A program made the position numbers and the translations under genes. Below, one piece after another: positions 1 through 11,098 of a DNA stretch of 64,000 nt. The notes beneath the pieces are model-generated. The model was not told the origin of the DNA. It searched no databases and saw only the letters and a list, made by a program, of their open reading frames with translations. Within the stretch, counting starts at the first letter, position 1. Each line of letters opens with the position of its first letter. The DNA comes from Squalus acanthias (lineage: Eukaryota), in NCBI GenBank assembly GCA_030390025.1, contig CM059432.1, positions 84,446,001 to 84,510,000 on the forward strand, written 5' to 3'.

Positions 1-939
1 TGTTGATGTTGAGTACTGAGGCTGTTGCAGCGATGCCGTCATCGTGGGGGATACTGGTGTAGAGTGCCGATACGTCCATCGTGGCAAGGAGTGTTCCTGG
101 TTCAACTGGTCCGTGGGTGCTGAGTTTCTGTAAGAAGTCTGTAGTGTCGCGACAGAAGCTGGGGGTTCCCTGTACGATGGGTTTCAGAATGCCCTCGACG
201 TATCCAGAGAGGTTCTCACACAGGGTTCCATTGCCTGATACGATAGGACGTCCGGGTGTGTTGGCTTTGTGTATCTTTGGGAGGCAGTAGAAGTCTCCCA
301 CGCGGGGAGTACGTGGGATGAGAGCGCGTAGGATGTTTTGAAGGTCTGGATCGAAGGTCTTGATCAGTCTATTGAGTTGGCGGGTGTGTTCTTTGGTCGG
401 ATCTGCGGGTAGCTGTCTGTAGTGTTCCTGGTTGTCCAGTTGTCGGTATGCTTCTTTACAATAGTCCGTTCTGTTCTGTATGACGATGGCTCCTCCTTTG
501 TCCGCTGGTTTGATGACAATGTTGCGGTTGGTCTTGAGAGCGTGGATGGCGTTGCGTTGTGCTCGGGTGACATTCTGGACTGTCTTGTGAGTGCGGCTGA
601 TGAATCTGGCGTTGATGCATTTCCTGACAGCTTGAGCATACATGTCAAGCTTGGGGCAGCGACCCTCCGGAGGGGTCCAGTTTGACTCTTTTTTCTTCGG
701 TTGCTGCACTGCGAGTCCCTCTGTCTGCTGTTCTGGATCATTGATTGTCTCATTGGGTTTGTTGCTGACATCTTGGGATTTGTGGAAGTATTCCCGGAGC
801 CTCATTCTCCTGATGAATTCCTCCGTGTCTGCCGCGAGACCGATGGGGTCCATTTTGGTGGTTGGGCAGAACTTGAGCCCTAGGGCGAGAACTTTGATTT
901 CGTCTGGTTGAAGGGTGTGGTCCGACAGGTTGACGATGG
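1..939 (-). mobile_element. Inverted copy of the 5' part of the Penelope-like ORF; runs off the window start
   Basis: Reverse complement of 958-1896 (paired coordinates sum to 1897). Mirrored ORFs in the track have identical translations, e.g. 81-290+ and 1607-1816-, 364-771- and 1126-1533+. Confidence 0.95.
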
Positions 940-3188
940 TTGCAACCACAGGGAAGTCCATCGTCAACCTGTCGGACCACACCCTTCAACCAGACGAAAT
1001 CAAAGTTCTCGCCCTAGGGCTCAAGTTCTGCCCAACCACCAAAATGGACCCCATCGGTCTCGCGGCAGACACGGAGGAATTCATCAGGAGAATGAGGCTC
1101 CGGGAATACTTCCACAAATCCCAAGATGTCAGCAACAAACCCAATGAGACAATCAATGATCCAGAACAGCAGACAGAGGGACTCGCAGTGCAGCAACCGA
1201 AGAAAAAAGAGTCAAACTGGACCCCTCCGGAGGGTCGCTGCCCCAAGCTTGACATGTATGCTCAAGCTGTCAGGAAATGCATCAACGCCAGATTCATCAG
1301 CCGCACTCACAAGACAGTCCAGAATGTCACCCGAGCACAACGCAACGCCATCCACGCTCTCAAGACCAACCGCAACATTGTCATCAAACCAGCGGACAAA
1401 GGAGGAGCCATCGTCATACAGAACAGAACGGACTATTGTAAAGAAGCATACCGACAACTGGACAACCAGGAACACTACAGACAGCTACCCGCAGATCCGA
1501 CCAAAGAACACACCCGCCAACTCAATAGACTGATCAAGACCTTCGATCCAGACCTTCAAAACATCCTACGCGCTCTCATCCCACGTACTCCCCGCGTGGG
1601 AGACTTCTACTGCCTCCCAAAGATACACAAAGCCAACACACCCGGACGTCCTATCGTATCAGGCAATGGAACCCTGTGTGAGAACCTCTCTGGATACGTC
1701 GAGGGCATTCTGAAACCCATCGTACAGGGAACCCCCAGCTTCTGTCGCGACACTACAGACTTCTTACAGAAACTCAGCACCCACGGACCAGTTGAACCAG
1801 GAACACTCCTTGCCACGATGGACGTATCGGCACTCTACACCAGTATCCCCCACGATGACGGCATCGCTGCAACAGCCTCAGTACTCAACATCAACAACAG
1901 CCAATCTCCAGACGCCATCCTACAACTCATCCGCTTCATCCTTGACCACAATGTCTTCACCTTCGACAACCATTTTTTTACCCAAACACACGGAACAGCC
2001 ATGGGGACCAAATTCGCACCCCAATACGCCAACATCTTCATGCACAAGTTCGAGCAAGACTTCTTCGCTGCACAGGACCTCCAGCCAACGCTGTACACCA
2101 GATACATCGACGACATTTTCTTCCTTTGGACCCATGGCGAAGGATCACTGAAAAGACTACACGATAACATAAACAAGTTCCATCCCACCATCAAACTCAC
2201 CATGGACTACTCCTCAGAATCGGTCTCATTCCTGGACACACGAATCTCCATCAAAGACGGACACCTCAGCACTTCACTCTACCGCAAGCCCACGGACAAC
2301 CTCACGATGCTCCACTTCTCCAGCTTCCACCCTAACCATGTTAAAGAAGCCATCCCCTATGGACAAGCCCTGCGAATACACAGGATCTGCTCAGACGAGG
2401 AGGAACGCGATGGACACCTACGGACGCTGAAAAACGCCCTCGTAAGAACGGGATATGACGCTCGACTCATCGATCGACAGTTCCGACGGGCCACAGCGAA
2501 AAATCGCATAGACCTCCTCAGAAGGCAAACACGGGACACAACCAACAGGGTACCCTACGTCGTCCAGTACTTCCCCGGAGCGGAGAAACTACGACATGTT
2601 CTTCGCAGCCTTCAACATGTCATCGATGACGACAAACACCTCGCTAAGGCCATCCCCACGCCTCCACTACTTGCCTTCAAACAGCCGCCTAACCTCAGAA
2701 GTACCATCGTTCGCAGCAAATTACCCAGCTTTCAGGATAACAGCGACCACGACACCACACAACCCTGCCATGGCAAACTCTGCAAGACATGCCAGATCAT
2801 CAACACAGATACCACCATCACACGTGAGGACACTACCCACCAGGTACATGGTACATACTCATGTGACTCGGCCAACGTTGTCTACCTCATACGTTGCAGG
2901 AAAGAATGCACCGCGGCATGGTACATCGGCGAGACCATGCAGACACTGAGACAACGTATGAACGAGCACCGCGCAACAATCGCCAGGCAGGATTGTTACC
3001 TCCCAGTCGGGGAACACTTCAGCAGTCAAGGACATTCAGCCTCGGATCTGCGGGTAAGCGTTCTCCAAGGCAACCTTAGAAACACACGACAACGCAAAAT
3101 CATCGAGCAGAAACTGATAGCCAAGTTCCGAACTCATGAAGACGGTCTCAATCGGGATCTTGGGTTTATGTCACGATACATGACGTGA
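936..3188 (+). CDS. Penelope-like reverse transcriptase + GIY-YIG endonuclease (750 aa from ATG 936)
   Basis: Uninterrupted frame with YCLPKIHK, PGRPIVSG, MDVSALYTSIP, GTAMG, RYIDD, FLD, YRKPT, Cys linker PCHGKLCKTC and endonuclease motif VVYLIRC...WYIGET...R...EH. Confidence 0.93.
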   Translation: MVATTGKSIVNLSDHTLQPDEIKVLALGLKFCPTTKMDPIGLAADTEEFIRRMRLREYFHKSQDVSNKPNETINDPEQQTEGLAVQQPKKKESNWTPPEGRCPKLDMYAQAVRKCINARFISRTHKTVQNVTRAQRNAIHALKTNRNIVIKPADKGGAIVIQNRTDYCKEAYRQLDNQEHYRQLPADPTKEHTRQLNRLIKTFDPDLQNILRALIPRTPRVGDFYCLPKIHKANTPGRPIVSGNGTLCENLSGYVEGILKPIVQGTPSFCRDTTDFLQKLSTHGPVEPGTLLATMDVSALYTSIPHDDGIAATASVLNINNSQSPDAILQLIRFILDHNVFTFDNHFFTQTHGTAMGTKFAPQYANIFMHKFEQDFFAAQDLQPTLYTRYIDDIFFLWTHGEGSLKRLHDNINKFHPTIKLTMDYSSESVSFLDTRISIKDGHLSTSLYRKPTDNLTMLHFSSFHPNHVKEAIPYGQALRIHRICSDEEERDGHLRTLKNALVRTGYDARLIDRQFRRATAKNRIDLLRRQTRDTTNRVPYVVQYFPGAEKLRHVLRSLQHVIDDDKHLAKAIPTPPLLAFKQPPNLRSTIVRSKLPSFQDNSDHDTTQPCHGKLCKTCQIINTDTTITREDTTHQVHGTYSCDSANVVYLIRCRKECTAAWYIGETMQTLRQRMNEHRATIARQDCYLPVGEHFSSQGHSASDLRVSVLQGNLRNTRQRKIIEQKLIAKFRTHEDGLNRDLGFMSRYMT

Positions 3189-3612
3189 TCCGGACTCGAG
3201 TCGTCGTTAGCTTGTTCACAGATGTGATTCCCAGTAAAAAAGTAAAAATTTTCCCAGTAAAAAAGTAAAATTTTTTTTTAAAGCTTTTCGTTTTACATAC
3301 AGACGGCAGCTTTTGACACGTTGGAACCCCTGCGACTACACCTCATTGTCTCAGTTGTATCTTGCTATGTCTTTTGATGTGGTACCTTCCTGGCTGACTT
3401 AATTAACTTTATCACACCTCGGCAGATAGTCAGGATGATTTAATTTATTGGTCTGCAATTGTAAAGTACACATGCTTTTTTTTCCATCTATATATGCTCT
3501 GGCGATTCTGTATCCAATTTACTTCACCTGAGGAAGGAGTGATAGCTCCGAAAGCTTGTGATTTCAAATAAAACTGTTGGACTATAACCTGGTGTTGTGC
3601 GACCTCTCAATT
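940..3612 (+). mobile_element. Penelope-like retroelement (Neptune-type), 5'-truncated, with 3' pLTR at ~3189-3612
   Basis: RT + GIY-YIG ORF followed by a pLTR with a hammerhead motif and AATAAA. The pLTR is homologous to the solo copy at ~61960-62308. Confidence 0.92.
3524..3561 (+). ncRNA. Minimal type-I hammerhead ribozyme in Penelope pLTR
   Basis: TCAC-CTGAGGA-A-GGAG(tgatag)CTCC-GAAA-GCTT-GTGA: stem I, CUGANGA core, stem II, GAAA and palindromic AAGCTT in place of stem III. Confidence 0.8.
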
Positions 3613-3630
3613 ATGTAGTTTTAACACAGC

Positions 3631-4392
3631 GGCCCGGAATTTGTGGTCAGCAGCAAAGCGAAGGCGTTTGCCACTGGCCCCGAAGTAATCTTCGCACAAA
3701 GATCTCACGATCTCTGTGTCGAGAAGTTTGGGTTTTCTGACATTTAGTTCAAATCAACGGAGTATAGTGGGGATCCCCTAGTGCAAGCTGCTGTGACGTC
3801 TAAGCAGCCAATCAAAATGTAGAATTCTCACAGACAGCGTACAAGTAAGTGGGTAAGCTCTTAAAATTCTAACTTTTTAAAAATTTTAGAGAGAGCAAAA
3901 CAAAGATTGGGGCTCTCTCATGAGGAAAAGGCAAACCTGAAATAAAGATGAACATACTTTAAAAAAAATTAAAATTTTTTAAAAATGTTCTTAAAAGTTT
4001 TAACTTTTATTAAAATGGATACATTTCACACTGGACAAAATTAAAATTAGTTTTTCAGGCCTATAACCTTTGTCTAGCAGTCAATATGCTGTTAAAACCC
4101 CAGTTACACCTAATCCCTTTGGGTCTAACTTTTAGTGGGGAATTTAACAACGTCATTACTGCAGAAGAGCCAAAGTTCTCGTCAGTTTCTCTGATTTTAG
4201 TGCTTACACTGATTACCGGCTCTGTGGCGAGGTTGGTGGGAGTGGGGGGGGGGGGGGGTGGTGGGCATGGTGGGTGGGGACGCATAGCATGCATCTGCAC
4301 ATGCGCCAAATCCCGAAGTTGCAGTTAGTTTCAAAGGTGGAATGACGGCAAGCGCTGCCAGTTCGCCATCATCCAGACCGCAAATTCTGCCC
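3631..4392. mobile_element. Harbinger-type MITE
   Basis: Imperfect TIR ggcccggaatttgtggtc / gaccgcaaattctgccc; 3-bp TSD AGC on both sides; AT-rich centre. Confidence 0.75.
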
Positions 4393-7300
4393 AGCTTAAA
4401 AATCTCAATTCATACATTATCAAGAAATCAAGTGGATCAACAATATGTGGCAGATTTGTAACTGGTACTATGATAATGTTGGAAACTTTATGGCAATTAA
4501 CAAAAGCTACAAAAAAGTGCCTTTCCCTCTCCATGGGATATGCTTCACCTCCACAACATTCTGATTATAAATCTTGCAGTTCTCCCTATCCAGGGTGTCA
4601 CTGAAATTTACCAGCAAGTGACTTCAGCTTGGAATCATAAAAGTGAAACAGACAGACTTAATTTGAGTTCCAGACTTCTAGGAAATTCAACTAAAATATT
4701 TGTAAAATTTTGCTGAAGGAAGAGGAAATTGTTAAAATATGTGTATTATAATATGTCTGCAATTCAACACAGCTCGCTCCTTTGCTAGCTCTTGGGTGCC
4801 ACCCACTGATTGATTTAGCATTAATTCTACAAACTTGAGATGCAACACAACCCCAGCCTGAGTCAGATAGCTGTGATCACATAAATATGCATTTAAATAA
4901 CATTTGACCTATGATGATGATGACATTGCTGTTAATTCACTTCCTAGAAATAATTCTTACCATTTTCAGACAATTAAATATCCAGGTGGACATTTGCAAA
5001 ATTCATTAAATTTTTTACTGTTCACCATAGAGATAATATGATTGCAGAATGTAGATCAGTGGGGAAGCATAGCATAGCAACTGAGTGATATTGAGGTACC
5101 AGCTGTGCTAGAGATAAATAAGACTTTTTAATGTTGACTTAAACTCTGCAGCTGAAGAGCTAATAGTCACATGCTAAAGAAAATAAAAATCAGGTTGTAG
5201 CCACTGAAGGAATAGTCACTTCACACATCAAGCTAAATGCTGTTCAGTCTGTGTTATGCACAAATGAGGCACAGTCAGCACTAACCTATGCTCCTCATAT
5301 ATGTTATAAACAGCTGTCATGACAGCCCTGAAGAATTACTTGAAGCTGAGTGATAGGGGTAATAAAACACAACTCCCCCAAAAATATTTCAAGCACAGTT
5401 TGACTCTGGTGTCTGAAGTAAGGTTTCCAAAATAATGACTTACAAATATTGAGCGGAATTGTTAAGGCAGCTGTTGTTTGAATACACTCATCACCGTTCA
5501 TGCAGTTATAATAAGGCTACAATTTTAAATGATCCATCAGGCTAAAATCTGAAATTAGGGCAGGTAGGTAATTAAAGAAGAATAGCACAAAAATACCTTC
5601 AGTGCAAAGTATTTTCTTCTTTTATGTCTGTGTTTAAAGTTTAAAAAAAATTCTATTCAGCATCTTCAAAATGTTCCAACATCTTGTGCTCAGATGACAT
5701 TAGTGATGAGCATGGTCACTGAATATCTGTAGTGATGGAATAGAGCCAGTCATTCTATTTCTTTATGGGTGCAGATTGAGAGCTAACAATTATTCCTTAA
5801 ACCAGTACCAGCTAAGTACACAGTGCAGTAATCAAAATCACAATTTCTCCTCCTAACAGAAGGATTTATAAAGCATTTGGTTAGAATAAAAGGTACAAAG
5901 GCTCTGCACAGAAAGTGCTCCCCCCTACAGTACCATTCTCCTTCAAAGCACAAAAGTGCTTTAATTATCTCAAGATCCCCCATTTCAGCATAACATCTGC
6001 TGAATCATGCAGGGCAGCCATTAATACAAGATTCAGGAAGAGTCATTTTTACACTAATTTTAGGTAAATAGTTATGTTATGTTTTTCTGTTGATAACTAA
6101 GAATTTGGAATTTACCTTTGGGATGTTTTTGCTGTTTTATGTCGTCTATTTAAAATTTTAGAATTTGTTATTGCATACTTAACTCATTATCAGAAGTTAG
6201 AGATTGCAGTCAGCCATTCGCAACATACAGTTAATTTACTCATATATTAATAGGGATTAACATGCATATTACTGAAGTCTAGTGATCTTATTGACTGAAA
6301 AAGCAAATATTAATGTGTGATAACACCTACGTTGTTGAATGGATTTGGATGCCACACTTCGGTAGTTACAGCACTATCTACTTACTAAGGGTCCCAGCAG
6401 ATGTTATGCCTCATGTTTTAATTAGCACTGTTTCCTGTTTCAATATAAAACATGCTGGAATATGTTATTCTAACCATGATAATTTTGATATTTAAAAATA
6501 GAAATAGTTAAATATGTAAAACTTTTACATCTGGTAATTATCAGAAATGAACCTTAACAAAAAGGCTTCAATTAATTTATTATAGCCAGTTAAAAGGCAT
6601 CTTTTTAAAAATAAGAAAGCATTTTAAATAGTTATATAACAGATTAAAGCTGTTAATAATAAAATACTACAGCCTGCATTAGGTATTAAAATTTTTGACT
6701 ATAAAATTATGCAAATCTTTTAGGTTATGATGTTTGAAAATGTAAAATTGATTCTCCATAAAGAGTGTCTGCTACAATTGTTGCCCTAGTTTGAATGAAT
6801 GTTTCCAAATGTGCTTTGATAGATGAAATCTGATTTTATATATTCAAAGGGTCATAAATGTCCAAGTTACTGCTGCAAAAGAAACCTTCCCAAGTGTGCC
6901 TTATTTACTTGGCAGTTTTTAAGGGGAATTTAGCTCAAGGTCTCGATACAGATAAGTTTAAAGACTGCCTATTGTTCTTGATCAGTCTTCTGGTGTCTGT
7001 CCAACTGTGCAATACTGCTGGGACAGAACATTCACACAGACCTTTCAGTGTTTGAAGACTATGGCACTACAAGGTTGATTTCTTTTTCACATGTAACAAA
7101 TAATGGTGAATAGAAATTTGTTATTAAGTACATCTCCTGTATTATTGATTGCTGACGACTGTGAAGGAAGTTCTTACAACAGGAAATTGTTTATAATCAT
7201 AGTAGCACATTTAAGGAGGAATTTAATTTGGGCTCTTCCTAACTTTCAAAAAACAAACTTGATTTCATGTAACTTCCATCACCGATGTTCATTCTTATAG

Positions 7301-7469
7301 AGTCAATGGGCTAAAAATTCAGTTGGTTGCGCCTCCCGTTAGCGCCTTAAGAGGGCGCTAATGGGGCGCAAAGCCAGGCGCGCCGAAGTTTGCGCCGCTC
7401 GCGAACTTAACTAGACATTTTGCGGCGGCGCTAAACTTAATCGCCGCGATCTCCTGCGCACGCAGATTC

Positions 7470-7614
7470 TGACGTCATACGAGGGTGCAACGCCCTTGTG
7501 GCGCCCCAGAGCAGAAATTGAGTGGCGCCCCCATCCTTACCGCCTGGCGCATCCAACGACCGGAAGACTGGAACGCTATCAATCGCTGTGGGGCTGGGGG
7601 GGGCGCTATTTAAA
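7470..7614 (+). promoter_or_regulatory. Putative transposase promoter (CRE TGACGTCA 7470-7477, TATA-like TATTTAAA 7607-7614)
   Basis: Both motifs lie upstream of ATG 7807 and are retained in the three related MITEs. Confidence 0.5.
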
Positions 7615-7806
7615 GGGGGCCTCTTCCTGTCTTTCTCTGTGGTTGACATTTTTGCACCACTCGTTCTGAGAGAGAGAGCGATTCGGAGAGAGAGAAAGAG
7701 AGACTTCTGCATTGAGTCAACGCTGTGTGAGGTAGTTTTGGCTACTGATCATAACTTCGCTGGTACTTTGGTTTTTGGCCTTCATAACTTTGCTTGCTAA
7801 GAGACT

Positions 7807-8837
7807 ATGGGGGCTGCACTGATTGGGGGCGTCGTCCTGCGCCAGCTGAATCGGAGGACACAGAGACGCAGAGAGAGAGTGGCAATGATGGCCAGACGGA
7901 GGAGGGCCAACAGGCGTCTGTACAGGAGAGCTTACCCTCCCAGGGTATATCGTGACCAGCTCTCCTACATTCATATGTCTGATGAGCAGTGTTTGCGAAG
8001 GCTGCGCTTCAGCAAGGAGGTGGTCACTGAGCTCTGCCACCTGCTGCAGCCAGATCTGCAGCCTCAACTGAGGTCCAGGACGTCTCTGTCGGTGGCAGTG
8101 AAGATCACAGTGGCTCTGAACTTTTATGCTACTGGCTCATTTCAATCTGCTGCTGGGGACCTCGCCAATATCTCCCAGTTCGCGGTGCATTGCTGCATCC
8201 GTCACGTCACAAATGCCCTCTTTAAAAGGAGACGAGAGTACATCTCTTTCCCCATGACCCCAGACAAGCAGCATGAACGCGCTCTGGGCTTTGCGAGGAT
8301 AGCGGGCTTCCCCATGGTGCAGGGCGCCATTGACTGCACGCATGTGGCTTTGCGTGCTCCGCATGAGAATGCCGAGGATTTCCGGAACAGAAAGGGGTTC
8401 CATTCCTTGAATGTTCAGTTGGTCTGTGACCACAGACAGCTGATACTCGCTGTCAATGCCCACTATCCTGGCAGCTGCCACGATGCTTTCATCCTGCGCC
8501 AGACTACTGTGGCAGAACTTTTCGAGGCACCGCATCAGCCAGCTGGTTGGCTTCTCGGGGACAAGGGGTATCCACTGAGCACCTGGCTGATGACACCGCT
8601 CCATACGCCCAACACCCCTGCTGAGCTGCGGTACAACGAGAGCCATCAAGCTACCAGGAACATCGTTGAGCACACAATCGGCGTGCTGAAGCAACGGTTC
8701 CGCTGTCTGGACCATTCTGGAGGAGCCCTGCAGTACTCGCCTGAGCGAGTTTCCAACTTTGTAGTTGTGTGCTGCATGCTGCATAACATGGCAATCGTCA
8801 GGACCCAGCCAATGCCACCAGGCCTTGGAGCACCACC

Positions 8838-8868
<31 letters not shown>

Positions 8869-8967
8869 GAGGAGGATGATCATCAGCAGCACCAAGGCGT
8901 GAGGGCGGCCCACAATGGTGAAACTGCAAGGGCCGTCCGTCAACGGCTGATAGCAAGCCGCTTCTAG
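7807..8967 (+). CDS. Harbinger (HARBI1-like, DDE_Tnp_4) transposase, 386 aa
   Basis: [53 protein letters not shown]; acidic C-terminal tract; no stops. Confidence 0.95.
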
Positions 8968-9278
8968 GCCCCTGCTGTGGAAATGGCTTCTGCCATTGAG
9001 AACAACATCAATGAACCCAACACGCAAACCCTAAGCCGGCCAAGGCACCAATGATTCCAAACACCAAACATGTATATTTTGAATACAGAAACTTATTTAT
9101 TTTACAAACTCTGTGTGTGTCATTTCTTCATGACAAACTAATAGAAATAAACACAAAAAAACAGTCATTAACATAACTGGTTCTCACAACCTGGAGATAA
9201 TGTCCAAAACACTAAACAAAAGTTTGACCACGAACCTCGGCCTTTAATAAAAAAATGACCAACATTTTGTCACACCTC

Positions 9279-11098
9279 CTACTTTTTGCCCTTCGAGGGT
9301 GATCTCCTTCCCTTGCGCACTTCCCCCCTTCTTACCCTACTGCTCCTCCGTAATGGGACCTCAGTGGCTGCAGCAAGGCTGGTGGAAGGCTGCTGATTGT
9401 CAGACCCTGACACTGCAGAAGCCCTTGAAGGACGGCCTCGACCAGTTCTGGGCCTGGAGGGCCCGGCTGCAGACTGCACCAACTCTGCATGGGCGGCAGC
9501 AGTCTGTCCTACAGGCGGTGGCAAGTGCAGTGGAGAAGTGACAGTGTTGGCAGCAGGAATGCTGTCATCTTGAGAGAGGACAGCAACTCCCTGCTCGACC
9601 GACACACTGGCACTCCCACGGGGCAGCACTTCAGCATCCGGAACAATCTGCTGGAGCACAGATTGCTGGCCTGCTGCGGCGCGGTGAGAGCCCCGGGGAA
9701 ATGTGAACGAACCATCGAGGATGGCAGCAGTCAGTGCTCGCGTGGCCTCAATCTGAGTCTGCATGAGAACAGTCAGAGATGGGATCACGGCAGCCAGTGA
9801 CTGAATTGCAGCACTAAGCTTTAGTGTGGCATCCGCCTGTGCTACAGCGAAGTGCTCCACACTCCTTGCCAGTGATTCAATGCATTCGGGCACCCTTCCC
9901 ACTGCACCCATGAGCTCAGTGTGCATGTCCACTGCCTGGGTGTTCATTTTAGCGATCAGCCGCTCCTCCTCTGCGTCCAGTGCAGTAGGACTCGCTGGCA
10001 TACTCTCACTCCGGGGAGAAGGCCCCCGTTCTTCCCTACCCCCATGGCGTTGCTGCAGCCCGCTGGGTCCTGGAGCTTCACCCTCATCAGACCCTTCCCC
10101 CCTGCTCCCCTCCAGGGAAGGCGTGTTCTCAGTGTGGGCATGGGCTTCCTCGGGAGAGGGTGGCACTGATGCTCCGCCTTCATCTTCCTCCTCGGCTGCA
10201 GCTTCACTTCCACTGGCAGCTTGAAGGCCCGTCTCCTCAGCTGGTGAATCACCATCTGAAAGCAGGGAGGTACAAGAGTGGCTTTAGCGTGAGGACAGGG
10301 TGGCAGTAAGGGAGGAATAAGTGCAGCGATTTAGTAAGTTGGATTGAAAGTGTCAAAGGCTGGTGTTGTGAGGGACAAGTGGAAGGACAGAGGACAAAAA
10401 GGTGATGACCTTACCATTGCTGTCCAGAACGGGGTCGGCGTCTCCAGTGGCGACGGGACCGATCACCCGGCTTGCCACAATCCTGTGGATGCGCTCCTCA
10501 AGATCGCTGAGGGGTTGCAGCTGAGGCCGCCCTCCACCCGTCCATTGCTGCTGTCTCCTATTATGAGACAGCTTGGCCTGCAAGAAAAAGGACGGCGTCT
10601 GAGTAAATATACAGCCATGGTCTTGCCTGATGTGCCTCCCATAGGTGAATAGCCCTTACTGTATGCAGCCGTGGTCTTGCCTGATGTGCCTCCCATAGGT
10701 GAATAGCCCTTACTGTATGCAAAGTGTGGAATGTGTGTGTGTGTTTCATGAAAGGGCCATAGGTGTTGGATGAGTGTTGTTAATTGGGGTTTTAAGACCC
10801 TCTGGCCATAGAGTGAGGTTGAGATGGAGGGATGGAGAGGTATTGAAAAAAAGCCACTCACCCTGACGACCCGAGTGAGGTCGTTGAACTTTTTTCGGCA
10901 TTGTACATGGGTCCTGGGCACCAAGCTCCTGCAGGAGACGCTCTGAGCCACCTCCCTCCACACTCTTCTGTACTCGCGCGGCAAAGGCCTCCTGCCACTC
11001 TCAGGGAAGAGTATAGATTTTCTGCGCTCCACCGCGCCAACCAGAGCATCCAAGGCCCGCTCGCTGAAGCGCTGAGCTCGTTCTCTCACCCTCTCCAT
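9279..11098 (-). CDS. Harbinger Myb/SANT-like DNA-binding protein, 3 exons (11098-10862, 10577-10415, 10255-9279), 458 aa
   Basis: Exon 1 MERVRERAQRFSERAL...W.EVA..V...RT..QCRKKFNDL; exon 2 contains TGGG. GT-AG junctions (agg|gtgagt, ttgcag|gcc, aatg|gtaagg, tttcag|atg) join in phases 0 and 1 into one open frame. Confidence 0.85.
10612..10721. repeat. 54-bp tandem duplication in intron 1 of the Myb gene
   Basis: cagcc(a/g)tggtcttgcctgatgtgcctcccataggtgaatagcccttactgtatg twice, starting at 10612 and 10666. Confidence 0.9.

Noticed and set aside
81..1816. Pairs of identical short ORFs as duplicated genes
   Set aside because: They are alternative-frame by-products of the Penelope palindrome.
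4400..7290. Short ORFs and possible exons in AT-rich unique DNA (also 39055-39260 and 51440-51560)
   Set aside because: No recognisable protein motifs or consistent exon chain; cannot be supported without transcript data.
7807..8967. Domesticated host gene HARBI1
   Set aside because: It lies between TIRs with a Myb partner and MITE derivatives, so it is a transposon gene.
8137..9027. 296-aa antisense ORF over the transposase
   Set aside because: No recognisable motifs; an expected shadow of a GC-rich coding strand.
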